Shown here piece after piece: positions 51,301-63,300 of a DNA stretch of 64,000 nt (position 1 is its first letter; each line of letters begins with the position of its first letter). The position numbers and the translations under genes are program-made. Origin of the DNA: Vicugna vicugna (lineage: Eukaryota); contig MU057930.1 in NCBI GenBank assembly GCA_013265495.1, positions 257,599 through 321,598 on the forward strand. The letters run 5' to 3'. The notes under the pieces are model-generated. The model did no database searches and had not been told where the DNA came from. It worked only from the letters and a program-made list of their open reading frames with translations.

Positions 51301-54300
51301 GCACTTATGACAACAGTGGAGGTGAGACTCGTGAGTGCGGGGGTTGCCCGTGGATGCCACCCGTGTTCCAGGTTCTCGTCCCGCCCCGGAAAGAATTCAG
51401 AGACAAGACGTAGTGGTTTAAAAAAAAGAAGAAAAAGTAAAGTGAGGATTTATTAAAGGATGGGGGGTTCACCCTCGAGGGGACAGCGGGCAGGCTCAGG
51501 TGAGCGGCTGCCCCGAGTTTTTTTGGCAAGTTGGTTACGCAGGGTGTAAAAATGAATGGGCAGAATACATTGAGGGGGAAGGGTGTGGGGTCCTATTCCC
51601 TGATTTTCATCCCAGCCGCACCTTCCCGAAGGGAGGAGGGATTTTTGTCCTTATTTAATCTGCATAGGACTGTGGTGAATGGGAACTTGCAATCTGCAAG
51701 GCTAATTTTATTGAAATGTGGGCATAATGAGCAAAAGGTTGCATTCGGACACTGGAAATTCCTGCCTTTTCTCACCTTTCTTTGTTGGTCTGCAGGCCAC
51801 TCGTCACCCCAAAAGCTGTGCCCCCTTATGAGCCCAGAGGTTCCTGCTTTTCTCTCTCTGCCCAGGGACCCCTGCTGCTCACGTGGTGTGTGGTTTCTTG
51901 CGTTTGGCCCGGGCCCCTCCTCTCTGCCCAGTTCCTGCCATTGCACCCGCGTCCCCCTTTCTCTGCTCATGTGTAGCCATCCGCCTGCTCTGACAGTGGG
52001 ACACAGTCCGGAAGCCTCGGGAGGGGAGCAGCGGACCCGTCTTCGAATTCTGTCCTCGACGGTGAAGTGCTATTTTGCGTTTGAACCACATGGAGGTTCT
52101 TTAAGGAAAGTGTCCACCTGCTCCCCGCCAGCAGCTGGCGGGGGTACTCTGACGGAGGACACCTTTTGTTTCGTTTTGGCTTCTTCCCCGGGTTGCAAAA
52201 ATGCAACGTGCTCCAGAGACATTTTGCCTCATCGTGACAAGGCTCCCCCTTGGATCCCGCAGGGGCCCCGAGTCTCTGGCCCTCAACACCGGCTTTCAAA
52301 GGGCAGCGGGATGTTCGGACTCTGAGCAGTAAGAATTGGAGCTCAGGCTTTGCAAATCGGGGCTGGCGGGTGATGGAGGCAGCTTTGGCCGGGTGAAGGC
52401 GGACTGTCTTCCCTCCCAGGTGCATGTTTGGGGCCATCTCTTTGGCTCTGGGGAGGACACACATAGACTTCTCGAAGCTGGCAGCCCCAGGCTCCTTCCT
52501 CGGGGAGCAACAGCCTCCCCTTTGAATTCGCTTGCACAGCCAGGTGTACGACGCCCAGACACCTTCCACCTCGGGCTGTACCCAGCAGACGGGCCCACCC
52601 CAGCCCCTAAAGGCCGTGAGGTTTATTCTGATTCTAAAATACAGACCTGCCCCCACCCCCACCCCCTGGACCCCAGCAAGCAAGCAGCCCAGGCTGCACA
52701 CGCGATGCCCCATTGCCAGACTCCACGTGGACACGACCCCCGAATAGGCTCTGAACATCGGGCGCTCAGAAGACGTTTTAGAAACGGCAGTGCCAAAACG
52801 CACAAGTCAACTTTGCTGCCATTTTGCACATTAAATTTGATTCCAGTTTGGAAAAAAAGAAAAAAAAAACTTAAGACTCTGCTCGGGACGTGAGCAAGTT
52901 CACTAAGAACTTGCAGGAATATTCTGGAGGGAACCAGAAACCATATGCAGGTTTTCCCCAAACGGGAGCTCGAGGGCGACCTCGTGGTCTGTCCCACGTG
53001 TGTGTTTTGCCAAAACCACCCAGCGATGAATTCAGTTCTGGCGTCATCTACCCAGAAACAGAGTCAGACCCCAGCGGTTGAGGGCTCCCCGTCCTGCGAA
53101 ACTCTCCCCTCTTCAGTCCCAAGTCCCAGAGTGTCACCTGTGCTCCCGACCGGCCTACCGGCTATAGACGGGGCTTCCCCGTGACCCTCCTCCGGTTTGG
53201 TTACTTTGTTAGAACGGCTCACAGAACTCAGACAAAGCCTGACGTTTACCAGTTTAGGACGCGATAAAGGGCGGAGATGAACAGACAGATGGAGAGACAC
53301 CCAGGTGGGACCTGGGAGGACCCCAAGCGCAGGAACCCCTGTCCGCCTGGAGTTAGAGAAATTCTCCGATCCGGAAGCCCTGCAGACCCCACCCTTGTGC
53401 GTTTCCACGGACACCGCTTCCTTGCAAAGGCCTGACTGATGAACTCGCGGGCCGCTGGGGATTGCCCTCAACCTCCAGCCCGTCTCCCCGCCCCAGAGCA
53501 CCGGGCTGAGGCTGCAACTTGCAGCTCTCCCGACGCCATTTGAGGGTGTCTCTGTAAATGTGCATGAGGCAAAGGGTGTGGAAGTCGCGGGTGGGGGGAC
53601 CCAGAGAAGAGGGTCCACAGGAGACCTGCAGGAAGCACCCCACCTCTTCCCAGGATGGGGAGACGGGAGGGATCCCCGAGCTGTGCCCCGCCCCCCACTC
53701 CAAGCTCTCCCAGGACTCAGTGCTGCCCAGGGGCCTGGGGTTCCGAGGGATGAAGGACTCTTTGCAGTCAGCAGCTCCTCGTAAACTTTCTGATCAGAAG
53801 GTGTCTGTCTCACCGGTGGTCCCTCCCTGGCTGATGGGTTTCCTGTACGCTCTGTCTACAAGCGAGAGTCCTGGCCACCAGGACCCCTGGCTTTGGGTCC
53901 CCAGTCTCCCAACCCCGACCCCACTGGGGTCCTGGAGAGGGGCCTGCCAGCTCTCCGGCTCTCCGGAAGCTGCCCCAGTACCCCCATCGCGGACTCAGGT
54001 ATAAAGAGGGCTCTCCAGAGCACCATGTGATGGTCCTGTGCTCCGCCCCCAGGTTTCCTGAGTGACAAGGACCTCGATGACGGCCGCTACCCGCCCAGGC
54101 CCAGGCAGCCCGCAGGTGCGTGGGGGCCTCTGTGAACTGACTGGGGAGGGCATGGGCGAGGACGTGCCGCATCTCCACGTGTCTCTGTTAAAATGTATGC
54201 TCTCTGTGATACAGTTGACATGTAACAGCTTGTGAGTGTGACGGACTCCCTGTGCTGATCTGATACACTTGTCTGTTGCAATGCGGTCACCGCTGTGGCT

Positions 54301-57300
54301 TAAGCCAACCCCGGCCTTTGTCACAAAGTTTCCATTTTTTGCTTGCTCTCTCTCTTTTTTTTTTTTTTGTGGCAGAGACAATTAAAATCTGTTTCCTCTG
54401 TATACCTTTATATTTATGTGTATGTATGTACGTGTGTATGTCTTTATATACTTATGTGTCTATATGTGTGTATGTTTGTATCTCTACACATACATATAGG
54501 TATATATACAATTTTTATGTAAAATTTCCCCTGTAACTGGGCTGTGACCAGCTGCACAGCATCTGCCTTATATAAATGCATACAATCTTTCTCATATAAA
54601 TGCACAGAATCCCATATGAATGCACAGAATGTTCCCTATATAAATGCACAGAATATTTCCTATATAAAAAAGTGCCTAGAATCTTTCTTATATAAATGCA
54701 TACTCTGTCCCATATAAATGCACAGAATCCCATATGAATGCACTGAATATTTCCTATATAAATGCACACTCTGTCCTATATAAATGCACACAATCTTTCT
54801 CATATAAATGCACAGAATCCCATATGAATGCACTGAATATCTCCTATATAAATGAACACTCTGTCCCATATAAGTGCACGGAATCTTTCCTATATAAATG
54901 CATAGACTCGACCCTATATAAATACACAGAATCTTTCCTATATAAATGCACCAAATCTTTCGTATGTAAGTGCACAGAATCTTTCCTATATCAACAAAAG
55001 TGCAGGCCACGTGCGTGACTGGGAGAGACAGTGACCTATGCGGCTTTGTTTCCCAGTAGGTGGGGGGTCTCGGGTATTCAGTTCTGCGAGTTTATCTGAG
55101 AAGAGTTCAGAGACTTGTCCCCGGCCCCTGCCCAGGGGGCGTTTGCACCATTTGCTCCAGCACGTGGGCCCCGCCATCTTTCCCGTGATGTTTAAAGGCA
55201 ACCAACAAATACCCTTGTCGTAAAGGTTATTACAGGGGCCATCGGGGAAGTCTAGAAGTGCGTGTCTTTAATAAAGGACGTTTACGAGCGGGGACACCCC
55301 CGCCCCCGTCTCCCTTCTCACAGAGGTGGTTCTGCCCCGAACTCTCCGCGGGAGGCGGGCGTGCCTGCGCTAATGTGGGACCCGTGAGGGGGGCACGTGA
55401 GCTGTCTGAAGGCACGGAGCTTTCTCAGGGGCTCTCCGTGGCCTGAGTCGTCCCACCCCAAAGCTGTGACTTTGGCCAGGGACTCCTTTGAGCGTTTCCC
55501 CTGTGGTCCCCAATCTTTGCCACCCCTCTTTGGGGTGACTCTTGGACCAGGCTTTGGTGCCATTGCCAGCGCTCCAGGGGGACGCCTGCTGGAGCCCAGA
55601 CTCGGTGGCTGAACCCATCTTCTGTCCTGCAGGAGGAGGAGGAGGAGGCGGTGGCGGCTACTATCCACATCACGACGGCTACGGAGACACACACGGTAAA
55701 CCCGGCGCTGGGGTGGGGCTGGGGTGGCATTTTCGGGGTTCCCACTTCTGCTCCGCATCGCGTCTTCTTCGTGGGGTCTTGGGTGTTGGCAGTCTGTCTG
55801 CAGGCTCTTCTGCGCCGTCTGTGCAGACAGACCTCCTCTTGGCCTCGTCCTGCTCCCCGGGAGCCCAGTGGCGGCCGCCACACCCCTGTGTCCAGGTGAA
55901 AAGAAACAGAGCAACAGCCTACGAGGCTCACGAGGGGGGCAACATCCAACGAACGGGGCATTCTTTTTACGCTCACGGATGATGCCAAGAAAGAACGGAG
56001 CAGCGGGCAGGCGCCTTGTCTAGAGTCAGGTTCCCCCCGAGCGATTGGTCGATTTTACAGCTGACGTGACGTTCCGTCATGCGGTGTTTGTCTATCTCGT
56101 GGGGTGACCCCCGCAGGAGGTGCAGTGAGCATCCATCACCACACAGTCACAACTGGTTTTTGTTTTTCCCTTTTGTGAGGAGGACTTTTAAGATCTGTCT
56201 GCTTAGCAACTTTCAAATATGCAACCTCAGTGCTGTAAACTGTAACTCCACCTGCTGTAAGTCTCAGTCTGGGCTCTCTCCTTCTCTGCCGGATTCCTAA
56301 GGCAGAAAGAACGAACTGACCCAGCCGTGCCCCGGGGAGCCCTGAGTGTTTCTGCACGGTTTCCCGGGAAACGGGTCAGGGCTGGAATCGCGCGGTGCCC
56401 TTTCTTGGGCACCTGCCCCCCGGGGGATGATAGCTCCCCCGTCCGAATGATCTTGTATCCTGAGGGGTAATAACGCTTCTGCAGAAAATCCGAGTATGCA
56501 CAGCAGGTGACGGCCACCACCTGCCACTCGGGATCCACAGCAGAGGGTGGGGGCGGGGGGCACGCGTGCGTTCACGGCAGGCTCTGGAAGAGACCGTCAG
56601 CTCCCGCCCGCGTCCACGCCGCCGTCCTCTGGCTCCGAGCCGGGCGAGGCTGTGAGTCCGCTCTGAGCCGAGCACTGAGGTTCTGGGACCCACGCCCAGC
56701 CTCTCCCTGCAGGTGGTGGAGCGTGTTTCCTTTCTTAAGAAAAATGCAGAAGGGCCGACCGGGGCGGGCGTGCCCCAACTCTGTCTTCCCTCCTCACATT
56801 CTGGGGGAAAGGCTTTGCTCATCCTTTTCAGAACTGGCTTTTGATCGGCAGGTTTCTCTAATACCCACCGTGTGCGTCACCTCGGGTGCGATAGCAAACA
56901 TCACGACGGGGCGGCTTACACGTCATACGTTTATTCCTCCCAGTCCTGGGGGGTGGAATCTGAGATCAAGGTGTGAGCAGGGCTGGGGTCCCCTGGGTGT
57001 GTGAACGGCCGTCTCCTCCCTGTGTCCTCCCTTGGCCGTCCCTCTGTGTGCGTCTGGGTCCTCATCGCCTCTCCTTATAAGGACCCCAGTCCTATGAGAT
57101 CAGTACCCACCCTAGTGACCTCATTTTACCTTCATCACCTCTTTGAAGACCCTCATCTCCAGAAACAGCCCCATTCTGAGGTCCTGGGCGTGAGGGCTCT
57201 AACGTATGAATTTTGGGGGGTGGACACAATCCAGCCCCTAACACCAGCCCTACTCCCCTCGGAAGAGGCCACTTATTAAAGGACCCCTAAATGCTGAACC

Positions 57301-60300
57301 AGCACCCACATCCACTATTCTACCGCAGAACGAACCACATTAACACCAAGGATTTTGTCTTCATCTTAATTCTGTCTTTAAAAACTCCTCTCTGACTGTA
57401 CGTAGAATAGATAAACAGCAAGGTCCTACTGTACAGCACAGGGAACTATATTCAATATGCTGCAATAACCTGTAGTGAAAGAAATATATATGTACGTATA
57501 TATGTGTAACTGAATCGCTTTGTTGTACATCTGAAATTAATACAGCATTGTCAATCAACCATACTTCAATTTTAAAAAAAGTTGCTCTCTGGAGACAAGA
57601 AAGCGTAGAGAAGCCTCCTTTAGTTTTTTATCAGTTGAGATGACTGTTTGATGCCTGTGTTTCTGTGGGGGGCCGCGTCCCTGGCCTTGGGGGCCGGGTT
57701 GTCCTGGACGGCAGCGGAAGGGACTTGAATGTATCTCCCAGTCTTCGGGGACCTGCACCCGTCCGGCCTCCGCTGCATGCGTTAGCAGAACCCACTGGTT
57801 TTGCACTTCGGGCTCAGTCCCCGCCTCTGTGTGGTGAGAGGACGAACGCCCTGGGTGAGCGTGTGCCGCCTCCTGGCTTGGGGAGAAGCAGGTGGGGCGT
57901 TGGCAGGTTTTCACAGCCTCTGGCTTCGGGGATGCTGGCTTTCCTGTTGGGGCTTCCTTTGGAGACCTCCCTGGGATTTCCCAACTGTTATCTTCCGTAT
58001 CCTGTGTCCTTTCTGTCCTGCAGGAGGAGGGAGATACAGACCCCGCTCCCATGGGAGTAATTATGGTAAAGGAGTTATGTCTTAAAAGCTGCATGTGGGG
58101 AAGTTCTCCTCCTAAAGGTCTAACAGCCCACGTGGGCGCTGCTGCAAAACCTGTCGTCTCGGGGGTCCTGCATGGAACCTCCCTGACCGCCTGGCTCTCT
58201 AATCTGTGTCCTCCCTGGTCACTGAAGCTGGGGAAGGTGTTTTGCATGTGATGCAAATCGAAATCCTTTCAAGAAAGGAAGACCTGCTTACATGTGCTGT
58301 TACATGTGTGCACATGCATGCATCCAAGCACATGTGCGTGCCTGCGTGTAGGCATGACTGTGTGCAAACGTGTGTACATGTTTGTGGGTGTGATCATGCG
58401 TTCACGTGTGCACGCATGTGGCTGTGTGTGCATGCATGGCAGCGTGTGGGTTCACACATACACATGCATTGTGTGTGCACGCGTGAGCATGCACATGTGA
58501 GCAGATATGTGTGTATGTATGCACACGGCTCTTGTGTGTTCACGGGTATGCGTGTGAAGGTGCATGTGCACGTGTGTGTAGAGGTGTGTGTGCCTGTGGT
58601 CGCATGGGCATGGTGCACGAGGTGCCTGCAGGCATGTCCACATGTCTTCACTGTGTGCACGTGTGTATGAGGGCATGTGCTTGTGTGTGGCACACGTGTG
58701 TGCTTAAGTGCATATTCCCTGACCCCTGAAATGACAGCCACACACCCCCTGGCCTTCATCGCCCCATCCCGCTCCTGACCCTTCGATGCAGCCTGCATGC
58801 CCCCCTCCCAGTCCTGTCCGCCCCACTTGCCCACCGGGAGGTCAGCGCCGGGAGAGCAGACGCTTGCGTCCTCCTGTGGCCACGCCCCCGGCATCTCCAT
58901 GGTGCCCTGCAGCAGACAATCACCCAGTAAGCTCTTCCGAATAAACGACTGACTGTGTGCTCCTCCCCTTCCAGGTGGAGACGGCGCTTCCACGTACGGG
59001 AACCCGCAAGGTAAGGGACAGTGACTGAGCACCACCACCATCGATATGATGCTGGTGATGCTTATGAGTATGATTACATGAGTCAGGAACTGGACGAAAA
59101 CCAGCCCATCTCTGTCCAAGAGGCCAGGTGAATTTTTGTTCACCAGGCAGCCAGGCAGGGTACCCACAGAAGGAAGAGAATGATGCCTGGGGTAGGAACC
59201 AGCACAGCTCACATCTTCTGTGTTCTGTTGGCCAAAGCTCCCACTCTGAGGGTGAAGACCTGGGCCCCAGCTCCCAGTGGGGAAATGCCACCAACTCACA
59301 TGGTAGAGCGGGTGGACGCAGGGCGGGGAGCCCTGGAGAGCAGCGTCCTGCAGGGGACAGGGTGAGACTGCGTGGCCAGAGGAGGGATAGATCCCTGGGG
59401 TCCATGGTAATGCTCTTCCAACCAACGTGGGAGCCGTGTTCACGGCGTGGCCTTTTATCCATCATCTACAACCCGCCGGCTACTTGGTCTGATTTGATGT
59501 GCCACATGGATGCTTATTTTATTTTATTTTGCTTAATTGAATTTAATTTTTTAAGGCTCATCATCTTTTTCTTTTTTAATGGCAGGATATGGTTGGTTTC
59601 ATGGATGCTTATTTTAAACGGAAGCAATGATTTGTTCTTTGGGAGAGCGTTGGTTTTTGTCACCTTCGATCTTTGCAAAGCTTTGTGCTGGTCTTCCCTC
59701 AAGGCATTGATGTCCAGTCTGTGCTTAAGTCCAGAGCCCCAGTGTCCTTTGAGGGCAGAGCTACGGGGGGCATTTTCTAGTTAAACTTTATTTTTTTGCA
59801 TGAATAAACAATGTACATCCAAAAAGACACACAGTCATTTGACTCAACAAATAAATGAAAAACTATAGAAAGCGGCTTTTCTGTGCAAAAGCATTGGATA
59901 TTCTAGGTGGGTAAGATGTGGTCATGAGCGCCACTGCGGTGACAGCACAATCACTTCCTCAGGCTCTTTGTGAGAGTTCAGTCATTTTCCCATGAATATA
60001 GGGCAAGGGATGTGATGGCAAGAGTTATTTAAAATAAACGGGGCTCCTGCTGGCCGTGTTTGTCTCAGACCATCTTGCTTTTCTTGACCCCTGCAGGAAA
60101 CATGGTAGCGAAAATCGTGTCTCCTATCGTGTCCGTGGTGGTGGTCACGCTGGTGGGGGCAGCGGCCAGCTACTTCCGGCAGAACCGGAGGAGGAATTGC
60201 TTCAGGACAAATGGCAAGTTTCACTCCCGATTTTATTCTCCCTAAGCAGAAAGCCTGATCAAAATACGAATACATATAACAAAACAGAAACACATAGACC

Positions 60301-63300
60301 TACAGGACAGACCAGTGGTGACAAGTGGGGAGAGGGAAGGGAAGGGGGAGGGGAGGGGAGGGGAGGGGGAGGGGAGTCAGAGGGACAAACTACTATGTAT
60401 AAAAGAAATAAGCTACAAGGACATATTGTCCAGCACAGGGAGTAGAACCAATATTTTATAACAACCTTGAATAGAGTTTAATCTACAAAAGTGTTGAACC
60501 ACTATGTTCTGCACCTAAAACTAATATAACATTATAAATCAACTATATGCCAATAAAAATTAAAAAAAAAATAAAAGCAGCAAGAAAAACATCTTACCTC
60601 CAATAAACACACGGACACATCTTCACATGAGTCCTATCTATGAATTTTGTTCTTAAAATGAAAAATGCTTCGTTTTATAGAGAATTGATTTCTCTTCAGA
60701 AAGTCCTCAAAGTAGAGGCTTTTTAAACGTTATAAGCCATTAGTGACGATTTCAGTCTTACCTAAATGATGGTTTTTAAGATCTCTTCTTGTCATAAATT
60801 TGTTTTTATTGCAGTGGAGTTGCTGTGCGGTATCATATAAGTCACAGGGGTACAATATAGTGATTCACCATCTTTACAGATTATATTGCTTTTATAGTTA
60901 TTGTAAAATGTGGGCTGTATTATGTTGCAAAACTTTTTGGACAATATGCAGGTTAATTTCTTTCACTGATGATTAAAGTCTAAATATTCTTGAATACAAC
61001 CTGTCAAAAACGTTTACGCAAAATACATCCTTTGATTTCGTGAGTAAAGGGTTTTTTTTTCCTTTGTTTTAGTTTGATAAGGCAATGGGTTTTTAAAATA
61101 TTGTGAATAGTTCAGAGAAGTGTGTCTGTTACGCACGATGCGTCCGTCTGAGCCGTGTTCAAGTGGCACGCTCAGTAAATAACATATTTCGAATGGAAAG
61201 GAAACACTTTCTGGCGTCTTTCGCCGGCAACGTTATTTCGAGTTAAGTCCAAGGTAGACAAAATGACCCTCCCATTGTGAAGGGGATTTTAAGCTGGATG
61301 TCACCACTGACCCACGGGGGACTTGAGGGAAACCAGTGAATGCGTTTTAACAAGAGATTTAGCCTTTCATCACTTTTAAAAGTGGTTTTCTTACCTGTAA
61401 GATTTGGTTTTACTGCCAAAGACCCTACGATAGCTAACTCGGGACTAACGTGGATGTTAGTTAGTGTTCGAAGGATTCAGCTGGCGGGGCACGGCTTTGC
61501 CTGCGTCTGCTTTGTGTTCAGTGGAATTTTAATCACGAGCGAGTCGGGAAAGATGTTTGGGTGGAACCTGCAATTTTTGCTCCCCTCTCCCAAAAGGGAA
61601 TGACAGCAGGGCTAAATCGGAAATCTTTCCGTTGAATTTCAGGCTGTGCTGAGACCCCAGGGAAATGGGAGGGTGGGTGGGGGTGCTGGGGCTTTCTGCT
61701 TCAACTTTGGGTCCAAGCTCCTGGATTTGACGAACTGGGCACCCAGGGAGCAGAGATCCTGGTGCTGGTTCATGACCCCCCTGAGGACATGTCTGAAGGG
61801 CGTGTGAGGACAGAGAAGGAGACTTTACTGCAGAAACAAGGGCCCAAATGTTAACTCGGGGGTCTCTGAAGATTTGGTCCTGAGACCACCCACGTCTCAA
61901 TCTGTCTGGGGCTTGCCACGGAAGGGTGCAGGGTGGGGGTTCCACTCCCGTGAAGGAAGCTAGGAAACAGAAGTCTATTTCAATAGCATTTTTGGAGGAT
62001 TTGGACAACTTCAGAAATCCCCAGACCTGCCCGTGGCCTCCCCCTGCTGGAGGACGGGTGGTACCGACGGGCCCCTTGGCCGGGGGCAGCCTCAGTGTGC
62101 ACCCGTCACTCCCCACCCTGCGTGTTCGTAGGGAAGCCAAGTTGACGAAAAGCAGCCTCGGTCTCCGGGCGACACGCCTCATCGTTGCAGAGGCGCTGCG
62201 CTCACCTCACTTGCGCCCTAGGCCCGAGTCTGCAAGCGCGTGTGGGCCCGGGAGCCCGGGGCACAGAGGTCAGGACGGTGAGGCGTTCCAGGCACAAATG
62301 TAAGGGGGCGGGGGGAGCCCCCGTGAGCAGAGTCATCAAGATAAGTGCTATTTTAGTGCAATGTTAAAAAAATAATAATAAGTTGGCAAACTACAGCCTG
62401 CAGACCTGCTGATTGTTCATGTCAATAAAGTTTTATTGGAACCAGGGGCCGGGTTCAGGGTGCGGTGAGTGAGGCATCGTATCCAAACGCAAGCCTGCAT
62501 CCTGCCTTTCTGTCACATCTCGGTATTGTGGTCCTTGTGGACTTTTCCCATCATTTATTTTGATTTTTTTTAATGCTGTATTAACACGTTGTTATGCATT
62601 TTGACTTCTAAGTTTTATGGAGCCTGCTGGAATTTTGTGCCCACTCACTTCAGCCTATTCAAATTTACAAAGGAGGTGGAGTTTTTTGTTTTTTGTTTTT
62701 TGTGTTTTTTAATGTGGATCATGCTCTCCCCGTTTATCTGAGCTGGAAGTCCTTTTATTGTTAAAGCCATGTCCTGTCTTGACGCTCTCCCCTGTCCTTT
62801 GCGGGACTAAATATCCCATCTACTTTCTCAATTCTGCTTTAGCCGTAACTCCACCAGGTCTTCCCAGGACCGGATTTGGCTGCCCTTCCTTTAAAGTGCA
62901 CGTGCTCGGAAAGTTAGGGGTGCAGACATGCTGGGACATCCCTGGGGCACCCATCCCAAGGGGGGAGCAGGATGGATCCAGGGTCTGCATGGTCTGGTGG
63001 GTTGCAGTATCTGTAAACAGCATGTAAGGACTCTGAGCATGTGGCCTGAAGTGTCCTCTAAGACGGGTCCGGGACGTCACCTCTTTCTTGAAGGATGATG
63101 GGCGTGTGCACTGACCAGCTGTGCGGGAACGCGGTGCAGTGCACATCCTGTGCAGCTGTACACAGCCCTGCCCTGGAAGGCGTGCACCTTGTAGAGACAG
63201 AGTGATGGGGACGGGGCCCCCAAGATGGCAACAGACGTGGACTCCTTCAAGGGGACTGGGCGAACGTTATATTTTGCCTTTATCTTCTCAAATAGTAACT

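Noticed and set aside
51531..52803. 264-aa and 278-aa ORFs near the LTR as retroviral genes
   Set aside because: No gag/pol/env motifs recognisable; the element looks like a solo LTR
58394..59443. 349-aa minus-strand ORF
   Set aside because: Partly a TG/CA repeat translation, no recognisable domain, antisense to XG
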